A stretch of 64,000 nt of DNA from Octopus sinensis (lineage: Eukaryota), in the NCBI RefSeq assembly GCF_006345805.1, contig NC_043008.1, positions 29,884,001 through 29,948,000 of the forward strand, read 5' to 3'. Positions 42,120 through 54,302 of the stretch are shown here, one piece after another; within the stretch, counting starts at the first letter, position 1; each line of letters begins with the position of its first letter. The notes beneath the pieces were generated by a model. The model did not search any database. It saw only the letters and a list, made by a program, of their open reading frames with translations, and had not been told where the DNA came from. The position numbers were made by a program, and so were the translations under genes.

Positions 42120-42544
42120 AACTTGTACAAACCCTATTTCCTGAAGAAATTGATTGTGGCCTCCCTTCTATCTTTTCACTTTTCAAAAAATATTTCTCAT
42201 AGCGTCCACTATTTTCATCTTGTTCTGGCCTAACAACCCTCTTTATTTGTTTTCGTTCGGTTTCCTTGTATGCTTCTACTGTCGTGTTTTTATAACCCTC
42301 CATAAATCCTGAATTTTATTTTAGAATTTATGGGAGAAACTGTGCTCCAAAAATGATATTGTCATTGAATGCTCAAAATGAGGAGTAGATAGACAGCTGA
42401 CAACAGATGAAGGGTCCTTTCTCTGTGTTTACTTGTCCTGTTCTCTATTTCTTTCGTTGTTTATGTATTTAACTCATTTGTTTACGCATTCATGGTGTTT
42501 GAACCGTTGGTGACGTCCCGTACCCATATATGTATTTATATATA

Positions 42545-42610
<66 letters not shown>

Positions 42611-42899
42611 CACATACATATGTATATACATGTGTGTGTGTATGTGTGTGTGTGTATACATATAGTCAATTCAAATAAACAATAAATTCAACTAATCGAA
42701 TAATAAAATTAAAAGACATGTGGACGGGCACAAACAATCTATTAGCTTAACGCTCCGTAAAAAGAGATAGTTGTTGGTGTTTCGAGCAGAGCTCTTCCTC
42801 GGAGCGGAGAAAGGGAAATGTCAAAAGAAAATTAAGAAATCATCAAACAGTGCGTCAGTTGTTATTATATGTTTATATATATATAACTTTTATCGTATA

Positions 42900-43110
42900 C
42901 TTTTTCCAATCAATTGAACGTGGCTATGCTGGGGCACCGCCTTGAAGTGTTTTAGTTGAAGAAATCAACCGCAGAACTTAAGTTTCTAAACCTAGGATTT
43001 ATTCTAAACATCTTTTTTGCACAAGCGAACGGTACGGGTGTGTAAATACACCAACTCCAGCTGTCAAGCAGTGGTTCGATACAAAACTGACTCAAACACA
43101 CATGCATATA
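42900..43110 (-). mobile_element. 3' half of the major SINE family (see 60769)
   Basis: gctatgctggggcaccgcctt...aaatacaccaactccagctgtcaagc is the reverse complement of the 3' half of 60769-61246. Confidence 0.7.
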
Positions 43111-43304
43111 CACACGCATTACTTTCAGACTGCGTCTTCGAAATTTACTCACAGGGCTTTGGGCGGCGTGTAGCTCTAGTAGAGAACACTAGTAGAGAAG
43201 TTTGGAATATGTGGCTGGGAAGCAAGCTTCTTAAAACACAACTATATGTATGTATAATATATATGTATGTATAATATATATGTATGTATAATATATATAT
43301 TATG

Positions 43305-43813
43305 TCAGGTCATTTTCGAGTGCTACTGCTACGGCGTCTAAACCGGCAACCCCACCAAGCTTGCTTGGTGAGGAAGGAGTTTATTGGACACCCTGTGGGA
43401 TGAATAAAACCCGTCAAAGGGCGGAGGAACTCTTGAAAGTCAACGGCCATCCAACAAATGCCTTAAGGCTGTATCATGCGCGGGGACATAGAAATAATCG
43501 GACTGAATACCCGATCGCGCGGTTAAACCATTGGAAGTGAAGGACTCCTAGCTTTTGTTAGGGCATCCTTCTGGGAGAAGTTAACTCAAGTAACTGGGAT
43601 AACTCCGACATAAAACCTGCGGCTCAGTGGTTACCGATGATGTGGCTTGTTCTTCTTTTTGGATTATGGCTGCTGTTGCTTAGTGAGTGAGATTGACTCA
43701 GGGCACAGCCTTTCCTCACTTAAAAGAATCTTCTTGCACAGGCATTGCACGATAACAACATAGATTAAGCTTCGTGCAACGGGCATACTCGATAACGAGG
43801 GGGCAGCCACCAT
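43305..43813 (+). mobile_element. Probable isolated 5' UTR of an RTE-type LINE
   Basis: GC-rich repeat with gggcatccttctgggagaagttaactc...aaaacctgcggc, which resembles RTE 5' UTRs (from memory). It stops at gcagccaccAT just before a (TA)n tract. Confidence 0.4.
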
Positions 43814-43814
43814 A

Positions 43815-43905
<91 letters not shown>

Positions 43906-44002
43906 TAGCTATCTGTATATATGTTGATATATACATAGATAAATATATATGCATACATACATGTATACGTATATAACACACACACATGTATATATATATT
44001 AT

Positions 44003-44062
<60 letters not shown>

Positions 44063-44591
44063 ATATATATATGTATGTATATCTGATACTATTTTACAAT
44101 AGATTCATATCAACAGGATTATATTTGTTCTGAATAAACATTTTCCTTTAGTGCTTAGGATATGATAAAAATTATTGATGTGTGTGTGTATATATATACA
44201 TATGTGAGTGAGTGTGTTTGTGTGTGTGTTAGTGTGTGTTTGCATACACTTATTCATACACACAAAGATATGAATAGATGAATGAAGGGATAATCATATC
44301 AGTGGATTTCTGTAAGGTTGGTTATATTACGGTATGTATAAACACCAGGTGAAATCTCAGGTTCTCCCAAAATCTTTCTAATATATTCTACCTAAATACT
44401 TTCACTGCACCTTCAATTAAGAGGAGGTTATATTATACTCAAAACAAACACAATGCAAGATGTTTCGTTTATGGGTTTTCATGCATTCATGCATATATTT
44501 TTGTGCACTTGTATATGTGTGTGTGCGCGCACACGCGTGTGCTTGTATGCACGCCTGTCGATTTGTGTGTGTACAATTGTTTATGTGCGTC

Positions 44592-44630
<39 letters not shown>

Positions 44631-44656
44631 TATATAATATATATATATATAATATT

Positions 44657-45725
44657 AATAAATGAAATAAAACATATGCAATATATAATAAACATATATG
44701 TACGTACCTACCTCTACATGTACATATACACGCATATATGAGTACAGGACACCAAAGGGACGTCGAACACAAAGAGAAACGAAAACAACACAAACCAAAG
44801 GAACTGGACATTTTTTAAAAACACAAAAATAGAGTACAGGACAATTAACACAAAGAAAAAAAACCTCTTCAGCCACTACGGTTCATCTACTCTACGTTTC
44901 GAAGGATAAAAGCGAGACGTATCTTCGACAAGAAACTTTCCTTCTGCGAAAAGCAAATCAATTAAAATTCTGAGATCTTTTCGCAGAGGGGTAAAAATGG
45001 TAAAAAGAAATGGTAAAAAAACAGGACAGTAACGACAGTACAAAATATAAACAGTAAAAGACAGGACAGGGAAAAACAAGATAAGAAGGGCTGTTGACGC
45101 CGAACGAAAACAAGTATTGCGAACGCAGAATTTTTTGTGAACGACGAGAGGAGAAGGAAGAATGTCGTCCATTACCTTGAAAGGCCAGGCCAGAAAGATA
45201 TTCAGAGCGGAAGTATCGTCGCGGGTGAACGACAGGAAGGGGGTAGGAGGAGCAAGAGAAAGGGAGAGAAGAAGGGGAATGGCTGCGAGGAAACCATGAA
45301 GGATTGTGAGGGGGAGAGAGAGAGTGAAGAATGAGAGAGAGGAAGATACAAGGGATGGGACACAGAAAGGTGAAGAGTGCGTCGTCAGAGTAATATCAAG
45401 ACCAAAACTTGATACTTAAGGGGGTGCGTGCGTTTCGTCATATAATATATAATAAATGAAATAAAACATATGCATAATATAAACAATATGTACGTACCTC
45501 CTACTCTACATGTACATATACACGCATATATGTGTACAGGACACCAAAGGAACGTCGAACACAATGAGAAACGAAAACATAGACACAAACATTTTTTAAA
45601 AACAACAAAAAAATAGAGTACAAGATAATTAACACAAAGAAAAAAACCCTTCTTCAGTCGCTACGGTTTCATCTACTCTACGTTTCGAAGGATAAAAGCG
45701 AGACGTATCTTCGACAAGAAACTTT
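44657..45725 (-). mobile_element. Direct-repeat-flanked non-coding element (PLE pseudo-LTR or retrozyme-like)
   Basis: 44657-44939 is repeated at 45451-45725. Each copy carries a hammerhead-like motif on the minus strand, and the two motifs are 786 nt apart. Confidence 0.6.
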
Positions 45726-46084
45726 TATATATATATATTCAGACGCACACATACACCAATTTGTAGGCACACACACATACACGCACACACACAAACAAGG
45801 GCGCGTACACGCACACACACAAACAAGGGCGCGTACACGCACACAAATATACAAGCACTCGATTCTCTTGAGCCAGATCTACTCGTTTGGTGCTAAAATT
45901 GAAATCATGATAACAGGTTAACCTGCATGTCTTGTCGCAATATTGCAGAGATAAAAACGCAAACCTCATTCTCTTAGTATATTATCAACCATGTCTGTAA
46001 GACTTTAATATCAATTCTTGTGATTCAGCGTGTTTATGACTCCTGTTTTTGGCTCCGCTAATGCTTCTTAGTGCCCGGATTCTG

Positions 46085-46138
<54 letters not shown>

Positions 46139-46596
46139 AATATTTATATGATGTCTCTAATTTTTCTTTGCCTATACGGTTTTATGCTGGCGTCCTCTTA
46201 TATTACTATTTCTTATGAGGAATAATTTTCTTTATATATTATAATTAATTCACTAAGGTCGTTTATTCAATGCTGCTGGGGCCCACTAACGCACACATGC
46301 ATTTCTTGTAAGTGAATTGCCAGTATTGATACGAGTAGATCTGTCGGAATAGAATCGAGTGCCTTGGACTCAAAATTCGAAAACATGATGTCAGGTTCCT
46401 TGCAATTTTGAAGAGATAAGACACAAACCTTATTCCCTTAGATTTTTTCTTCTCTTTTTGTTCCAAACATGCCTGAGAAAGTTTAGTGTTAATTATTGTG
46501 GCTTCGGACTGTTGATGACTCCTATTTTTAGCTAAGCTGGTGCTTCTTAGTGCTCTGATTATATATATATGCTTATACATATCTATTAACTTTGCC

Positions 46597-46633
<37 letters not shown>

Positions 46634-46682
46634 CTGTATATTAGATATATATATAAATATACATATATGTCAGTGTTAGATG

Positions 46683-46715
<33 letters not shown>

Positions 46716-46773
46716 TCGTATATATACATATATATGTGTATATAAAATATATATGTGTGTGTGCATGTATGTA

Positions 46774-48013
46774 TTAGGTCATCTCATAAGTTCTGTCTGA
46801 ATTTTGAATGATGAAAACAAGTGATCAAACGTTATATTTTTTTGAAATTTAATCATCAATATACTTTCCGTGATTATCTATGACTTTCTTCCATCTATTT
46901 ACTAGCTTTTTATATCCGTCGAAGTAAATCTCTTGGTTTCAAAGCAAAGAACTCTGAAATGTCAGTTTCGACCTCTTCCTGGCTTACGAAAGTTATGTCA
47001 CCCAAATGATTCTGTAAACTACGAACAAATGGTAGTCTGAAGGAACAAGGTCGGGAGAAAAAGGTGGATGAGGAATTTTTTCCCCACCAGAGTTTTCGAT
47101 CTTCTGTGATGATCGAAATATGGGGTCATGCATTGTCCTGATGAAACATCACTCCTTTTCGACTCACTAAATCGGGTCTTTTTTTCTTCAAAGCTTGGTT
47201 TAAACAATCTAATTGCTTGAGCATTGATTGTTGCATTATGTCCTAACGATTGAAAGTTAATTACTCCTTTACAATCTCTGCAGATAGAGAGAAGAAATTT
47301 TTTCCCCATGAAGTTCCCCTCTCGATTGTGGTTGAGCTTTTTCCCTTTTACCAAGCCACAGTTTACGACGTTTAACATTTCCATTGAAGATCCATTTTCC
47401 GTCACCAGTCACAAGACTATCCAAGAAGGGCGAAATGATTTCGCGAGAATGGAGAGAAAAGCAGATGTAAACACGAGATTTGCGGTTGCTTTCTGACAAT
47501 TCATGAGGCAGCCATTTTCCAAGTTTAGGAACATTTCAAAGGTGTTGAAGATGACGATGAACAGTTGCATGGTTTCAACTTAGCTTTTTTGCCAGTTCTT
47601 CAATTGATAATGCAGGACTTTCTTCAAGTAATGCCTCAAGCAGCTTATCATTAAATTCAACTGGTCTTTTTCGATCTTCAACTTCAAGGCAGAAATCTCC
47701 ACTTGTGAATTTTGCAAACCATCTTTGCAAACTGACGGTATTTTCGAGTCGTTTCGGCTGCAGATTTTCCCTTTTTGTACTCATAAAGCCTCAAATTATG
47801 TGCCTCAAATGCTCTTTGGATAGTTCCATTTTAGAAAGGATTTTAATAAAAGCAATTTTAAGTCTATTAAACTGTAAAATAATATTTAATTAGATTAAAT
47901 GTGCAGAAATGCATAAAAATAATTTTTAATTCCATTAGACATTTTAAAATACTACTAAACTTCATTCAAATTTAGAGAAGGTAAAATCGGACAGAACTTA
48001 TGGGCTGACCTTT
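46774..48013 (-). mobile_element. Full-length mariner (DD34D) transposon with pseudogenised transposase
   Basis: TIRs ttaggtcatctcataagttctgtctgaattt and reverse-complement aaggtcagcccataagttctgtccgatttt, with TA on the left. Protein motifs QRWFAKFTSGDFCLE, FLDSLVTGDGKW, HQDNA*PH, HPPFSPDLVPSDYHLF. Length ~1.24 kb. Confidence 0.92.
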
Positions 48014-48031
48014 CCTTCTCATATATATACT

Positions 48032-48089
<58 letters not shown>

Positions 48090-48369
48090 GTGTGTGTGTG
48101 TGGGTGTGTATGTGTGTGTATAGGTAGATATATATATGTATGTATGTGTGTGTAGATAGATATAGATAGACAGAACGAGAAATAGATAGAGATAATGACT
48201 AAGTTTCTTACTTCACGTTCAAGTGCTATCTATAATCGACTGTGGAAAATAGCATGTAAACTTAATAGCCAAATTTGTTTTCTCTTCTTATACTTAGAAT
48301 ACGTATTAATGCCTCTGTGCATCTGTATAACATACAGTTTACAAACTGTAATAAATCTATATATATATT

Positions 48370-48405
<36 letters not shown>

Positions 48406-48410
48406 CATAT

Positions 48411-48446
<36 letters not shown>

Positions 48447-48480
48447 GTATATATATAATATATATATACATATCCATATA

Positions 48481-48595
48481 GCAGCAGGGGTGGCTGTGTG
48501 GTAAGTTCCGGGTTCAAGTGTCATCTACTGTAGCCTCGGTCCGACAAAAGCATTGCGAGTGTATTTAGTAAACGGAAATTGACAATAAGCCGTCA
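48481..48595 (+). mobile_element. Internally deleted 5' part of the major SINE
   Basis: ggggtggctgtgtggtaag..tatagcctcggtccgacaaaagcattgcgagtg matches the head of 60769. Confidence 0.7.
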
Positions 48596-48622
48596 TGTGC
48601 ATACATATATATATATATATAT

Positions 48623-48831
48623 TCAGGGATACGCAGACAAACACGACACCAAGAAATTCTACGAGGCGCTGAAAGCTGTCAATGGACCGCAGTTCTCCTT
48701 TGGATCAAACCCCTGCTCAGCTCGGATGGAACCTCACTTCTGACTAACAAGAAGCTGATCCTGGAGAGATGGGCGGAGCATTTCAACATCGTGCTCAACC
48801 GACCAGCCCAGATCAACGAAGAAGCCATCGC
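48623..48831 (+). mobile_element. RTE (BovB-like) LINE fragment, inter-domain region, running into the gap
   Basis: IQGYADKHDTKKFYEALKAV...SSDGTSLLTNKKLILERWAEHFNIVLNRPAQINEEAI is typical of RTE ORFs. Confidence 0.85.
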
Positions 48832-48931
48832 NNNNNNNNNNNNNNNNNNNNNNNNNNNNNNNNNNNNNNNNNNNNNNNNNNNNNNNNNNNNNNNNNNNNN
48901 NNNNNNNNNNNNNNNNNNNNNNNNNNNNNNN
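48832..48931. other. Assembly gap (100 N)
   Basis: A run of exactly 100 N, probably a placeholder of unknown true size. Confidence 1.
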
Positions 48932-49259
48932 CAAATGTCTGGAACCCAGTGGAGAACCTTGCTCGTCAAAAATTATTAATTACAAAACAACGGACTCCAC
49001 TAAGCTCCCCACCAAAAAACAAACGCCTTGCCTGGGGTCGTGCTTCAATTTTTCAATTATTCACAACGCAGAACGATATGACTTTAGAGCGTAAAAAAAA
49101 CGCGAACTCTTCAATGAAGTAAGCAAGCTACTTACCACACTCTCCTGCGCCTATATACATATCCATATAGGTATGTATATATTAATAGTTTCGGTTGTAT
49201 AACTGTGGCCATCGTGGAGCGCCACACACACACACACACACACCACACACATACATATA

Positions 49260-49302
<43 letters not shown>

Positions 49303-49411
49303 ATATATATATAGTTTTACTAAGAGTACAGCAAGGAAAAACATTAAATTGAAGCAAAAATTAAATAAAATGTTTTGTATTTCGACAGTATTTTCATAGG
49401 TATGACATTTT

Positions 49412-49457
<46 letters not shown>

Positions 49458-50897
49458 CTCTGTCTTCCGTTATGAAGACTCGGTAGGTAGTAATAGAGAA
49501 ATAGTTTTTATGGGTGCAGAGTAACGTTGGTTCTGAAGTTTGATGGTTTAAACAGCAGTCGCCGAACGAGGAGACTGATGAATAGAAAGCCACGAATGTT
49601 TTATCCGTATTTTTCTGACCGTCCTTGCATCGTCCATCTGTCCGCATGTTTTCATTGCAGTCCGTTACGTTTTGTTCCTTATATATATATATATATGTAT
49701 GTGTGCGCGCGCGTGAGTGTGTGTGTGTGGTGTGTGTGTGTGTGTGTGTACATATGTACATATATGCATACATATACACACATACATACAATCATACAAT
49801 CATACGTATGAAAATATATGTTTCTATGTGTATAAATGCGCCCATTTCGATTGTGCGAAATGCAGAATGCCAAAGAAGTTGAGTATCAGATACACAGATA
49901 AGCAGACCAATCGATTGTTACGGTGGTTGTTTTGATTCAGTTGTTTTTCGTTTTTTTTATTCATTAAATACCGTACACAGTGGAATTAAGTCAATGACCA
50001 GGCCGTAGCTCTACTATAAGTTATTTGGCACGTCCTCCTATCTCTTCTATCATGATATAAAACAAATATTGTAAGGCTACAATGCCTCCTCAACGAAGCA
50101 ATTGTTATAGTTTTAACGTACGTTCTCAGATCTTGTCGCTTGTCATTGAAGTGCAACTCCGAATATAATATAACCTATATTTTATATATCAACTATTTAA
50201 TCGCCACACAGGCAGCAGAAATGTATGTGCAAAACAAAATATCGTTCATAAGATGTATCATTGATGAACGTATTTTATTTCCTAAGTGGCAAAAGTATAG
50301 ATTTTTAATATTGGCACCTTTCCAAACAAGTAGTCGTAGATTGTATTTGATTGAATTAACCGAAGTACTCGACTGGTATTTCGTGTATAGATTACAGGAT
50401 GTACAGATGGCGGTAATAAATATTGTATGTTTAAAAACTGCAAATATATGTTTCGAACCTTGTAGCAATTTCGCCAAAACACCGTCAAATGTGAAGTTAC
50501 TATTAGTTTCGAAGCAATCTTCAATAGATCTACACATTGAACAATTAATGATAGAAATGTATTACGCAACAAATTTCATTAGAATTGAATGTTATACAAA
50601 AGGGAAAAGTTTTCCACGAGATGGAAAGCATTTCAGCACCCTTGTGTATATGAAATAGAGTTACAGTCATATATTAAAACAACAGCGAATTGAATCTGTA
50701 AGCTAAAAGATTGTTGGTAATAAAAACATTGACAAAGTCCCATTATTCTTTGTTTATTGGTCAGTTTCGAAAGGTGAGCAATAGCAGAACAAATTCAATT
50801 CTAGTGTTAAATTTGATATGTAGAACGTGAGTAATATCCAATTCGAAAACAGCGATCATGTCATGACCAACATGGCGTCACTTATATCTACGGCTAC

Positions 50898-51110
50898 AAG
50901 GCGGCGAGCTTGGCAGAAATGTTAGCACGCAGGGCGAAGTGCTTAGCGGTATTTCGTCTGTCTTTACGTTTTGATTTCAAATTCCGCCGAGGTCGACTTT
51001 ACCTTTCACCCTTTCGGGGTCGATAAATTAAGTACCAGTTCCGTACTGGTCGATCTAATCGACTGCCCCCTTCCCCAAAATTTTGTACCTTGTGCCTTGA
51101 GCAGAAAAGC
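50898..51110 (+). mobile_element. tRNA-derived SINE, near full length
   Basis: Head aaggcggcgagcttggcagaa, B-box-like gatttcaaattcc, core ctttcggggtcgataaattaagtaccagt. Homologous copies lie at 27.0, 30.9 and 53.2 kb. Confidence 0.85.
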
Positions 51111-51252
51111 TTTATATCTATGACTGCGTTAGCTAAAGAGCTTATATTCTATTTCTAGATTAGTCGTGACAGTCCAAGTGACTTCACGTAAGTAGAGACG
51201 TGTTCATGAGAGCTGCAGTTACAATACAAATGCTACGACATACACAAATATA

Positions 51253-51635
51253 TCTTTATATATAAAAGAGAAGTTGTGTGTCTGTCTCCTACGATTTAGA
51301 TTCCTAACTACTCCCACATTTTGCGGTGCAGTTTAACCAAAACCGGGTATCTTATAGTCGTGATTCATATCGAGCCATTCTGGGTATTAGCGCGCGTCTA
51401 CGATGAGTCTCCGATTACCATCATTTTTTTCCATTTTAATGCATTTTTTCGCTATTATATAAGGGAGGTAACTCTCTAAAAATGTCTACGATGAGTCAAC
51501 GATTTAAAAAAAATTTACCATCATTTGTTTTCCATTTTTAAGCATTTTTTTGCTATCTTTTGGCTATAACTCTCTAAAAATGCTTATATAGTTATTTCCC
51601 TTACAAACCCGAGCAACGTCGGGCGATACTGCTAG
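51253..51635 (+). mobile_element. Non-autonomous Helitron
   Basis: Inserted between A and T. It starts TCtttatatataaaa and has a subterminal hairpin cccga-gcaacg-tcggg (51608-51623) followed by the CTAG 3' end (51632-51635). It contains an internal ~100-bp direct repeat. Confidence 0.85.
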
Positions 51636-51924
51636 TGTGTGTATATATATATATAATATATATATATTATATATATATATATATATATATTATTATATAA
51701 TATATTATATATATATATATAAAGGATGCGCTGGTTAAATTGTCGGCAGATTATAGTTTTTATTTCGCATATACGTTTGTTTGTTTTTGATTTTGTCTAC
51801 TACATAGTATGGTAAGATCAGTTGGGCACCAGCTGTGAAAAAAACAATACCATAGCGCAGTACGACATGTCGTACTGCATGTCGTACAGAAGCTGCAAGT
51901 GTATGCCTATGGGCTTGTGTGTGC

Positions 51925-52116
51925 GTGTGTGTGTTTATCGCGCACCACCGCAAGACAACTGGTATTGATGTGTTTCCATGTCCGTATCCTAGTGGTTCGC
52001 GAAAACAACCGGATAGAATAAGTACAAGAACGTTAAAAACAAATTCTAATCTTGACATTGTTTTGTTTCAACTAAAAACTTTCAGGTGGTGCCCCAGCAT
52101 GGCCGTTGACAGCTGG
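51925..52116 (+). mobile_element. 3' half of the major SINE
   Basis: gatagaataagtac...ggtggtgccccagcatggccg...ctgaaataagtaaaagg matches the 3' half of 60769-61246. Confidence 0.75.
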
Positions 52117-53041
52117 CTGAAATAAGTAAAAGGTAAAACATAAAGAAAACCAAAAAACGCTCTGTATTTGTGAGTATCTAAATATTTGTCAAGAGAGGGG
52201 GTGGATGGACGGAGAGATTTTACCAAACAATTTAAGTACAAGTTGGAATTACCTTGAGAATTGAGTAAATTACATACTTCTCTGTGGAATATTCAGCCTC
52301 TTCGGCTCAAACACCTAAATGGTCATCGTCGAAACTGGCGAGTTTCCAGACGTATGATATAGATATGTGTTATATATGTCAGTGTACATGCGCACACACA
52401 CAGAGGCACACAAACACATACTCACTCGTACATCAAACACACACACGCATGTGAACGCGCGTGTGCGTGTGTGTGCGTATGTGAGTGTGCCTGAGTGTAA
52501 AAAGCCAACATAACATATCTAGAACACACCAACCATAGATTCGTAGGCGAGATAATGAAATTAATTAGTCGCAAAGTTGATAGCGAGTTTTCTGAATAGC
52601 AACTGTATAATTCTTATGTTCAATTGGCTCTCCTGAATTAACTTGCCAAGTAGAAGAAGACGGCTAATCAGAGGTTTTTCTTTGAACTTTTAACAATAGA
52701 TTGTGATTCCTTCCTGAATACACAAGTGTTTGTAGACATCACTTGCATTGAAGTATTTTGGTTATGTGTGTAATTTGGCGTTCACTACCTATTGTTTCTG
52801 TCTTCTCTATTATCGAATGTGCTTTCACTTCAGAATATTTATCAATAAGTCCTTGTAATGTTTTTCACTGATATAATTAAAATTGATTTTCAGCCTGCGC
52901 ACCGAACGCTAAGGAATTCATAATGTTTAGCCTTCCTTTCACTCTTCCTTCCCGCCCACACAAAGCCTCATCTATCGTTCTGCCTTTATGTTCCTCTCAT
53001 TATACTTAGTTCTCTGCACCGCATACATACACGCGCACGTT

Positions 53042-53131
<90 letters not shown>

Positions 53132-53243
53132 GTGTGTGTGTGTGTTGTGTGTGTGTGTATATATATATATACATATATATATATATAGATATATATATAT
53201 ATATATATACAAACATACATACATACACACCATAGAAGCATAT

Positions 53244-53460
53244 AAGACGGTGAGCTGGCAGAATCGTTTGAACACCAGGCAAAATGCATAGCAGTATTTC
53301 ATTATTCTTTACATTCTGGGTATAAATTCCGCTACGGACGACTTTAATTTTCTTCCTTTCGGGGACGAAGAAATAAGTACCTGCTATGTACTGGTGCTGA
53401 TGTAATCGACTTTTCAATCTGCTGAAACACCTGGCTTTGTGTCAAAATTTTAGACAATGC
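53244..53460 (+). mobile_element. tRNA-derived SINE (50898 family), diverged
   Basis: aagacggtgagctggcagaatcg...cctttcggggacgaagaaataagtacc. Confidence 0.8.
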
Positions 53461-53589
53461 TTCAGTCTAATCGCTGTAGGAAGTATATTGCAAAAGGAGA
53501 CATATACATACATATATACATACATACATGTCTATATTCATATACACACATAAGGATACACTTACGTACTTGTAATATATATGAATATG

Positions 53590-53990
53590 TATATTGTTTG
53601 ACACCCATTACTGGGTTCCCTTGCTAGTGTGGCGTAGTACAGAGTTGCTAGATATAGGGTCCTCCAGTAGCCACCCTCTTGACCCAGGGCAGCATTAACT
53701 CTTGGAGGCACTTGATGTAGGATTCCGTGTTGAGTTTGAAGCCGTGTGCAAGATGAATGGAGGAATAACGACGCTATCACCTGTGATCACTCCAAACACC
53801 ATGATGTTGACTGGATGTTTGATTTTCATCACTCTTGGTACATATTGTGGGGATACGGCAAGCCAACGGTTGTTTTGTGTGTTCATCTGATCGTATTGGA
53901 GCTACATGTATGAATACCAAACAGTGCACTATGTCGTTTCCAAATTTCTGGAGTAGTGAATTGTGTCTTGGAGCTATTTTTCTCACCGAC
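53590..53990 (-). mobile_element. Tc1/mariner-superfamily transposase fragment (DD37D/maT-like)
   Basis: DQMNTQNNRWLAVSPQYVPRVMKIKHPVNIMVFGVIT..VIPPF and LNTESYIKCLQELMLPWVKRVA.GGPYI, decayed. Confidence 0.75.
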
Positions 53991-54147
53991 GCTGCCTAAC
54001 AGACCCTTCTATACTGTGGAGTCTACAAAATAAAAACAAAAAACATTTGCATTTGTGAAATAGAAAATGTAAATATAAAATGGCGACATTTTAACGATCG
54101 CACCCTATATGAATGTATGTATAACATAAATATACACAAACACAAAC

Positions 54148-54252
<105 letters not shown>

Positions 54253-54266
54253 GTATGTATGTATGT

Positions 54267-54302
<36 letters not shown>

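Noticed and set aside
44860-44905. Alternative type II hammerhead using the intact CTGAAGA downstream of GAAAC
   Set aside because: Stem I cannot form next to the cleavage site in either copy.
48932-49130. NPVENL motif suggesting a Tc1 C-terminus
   Set aside because: It is a single short motif beside a gap, with no other Tc1 features.
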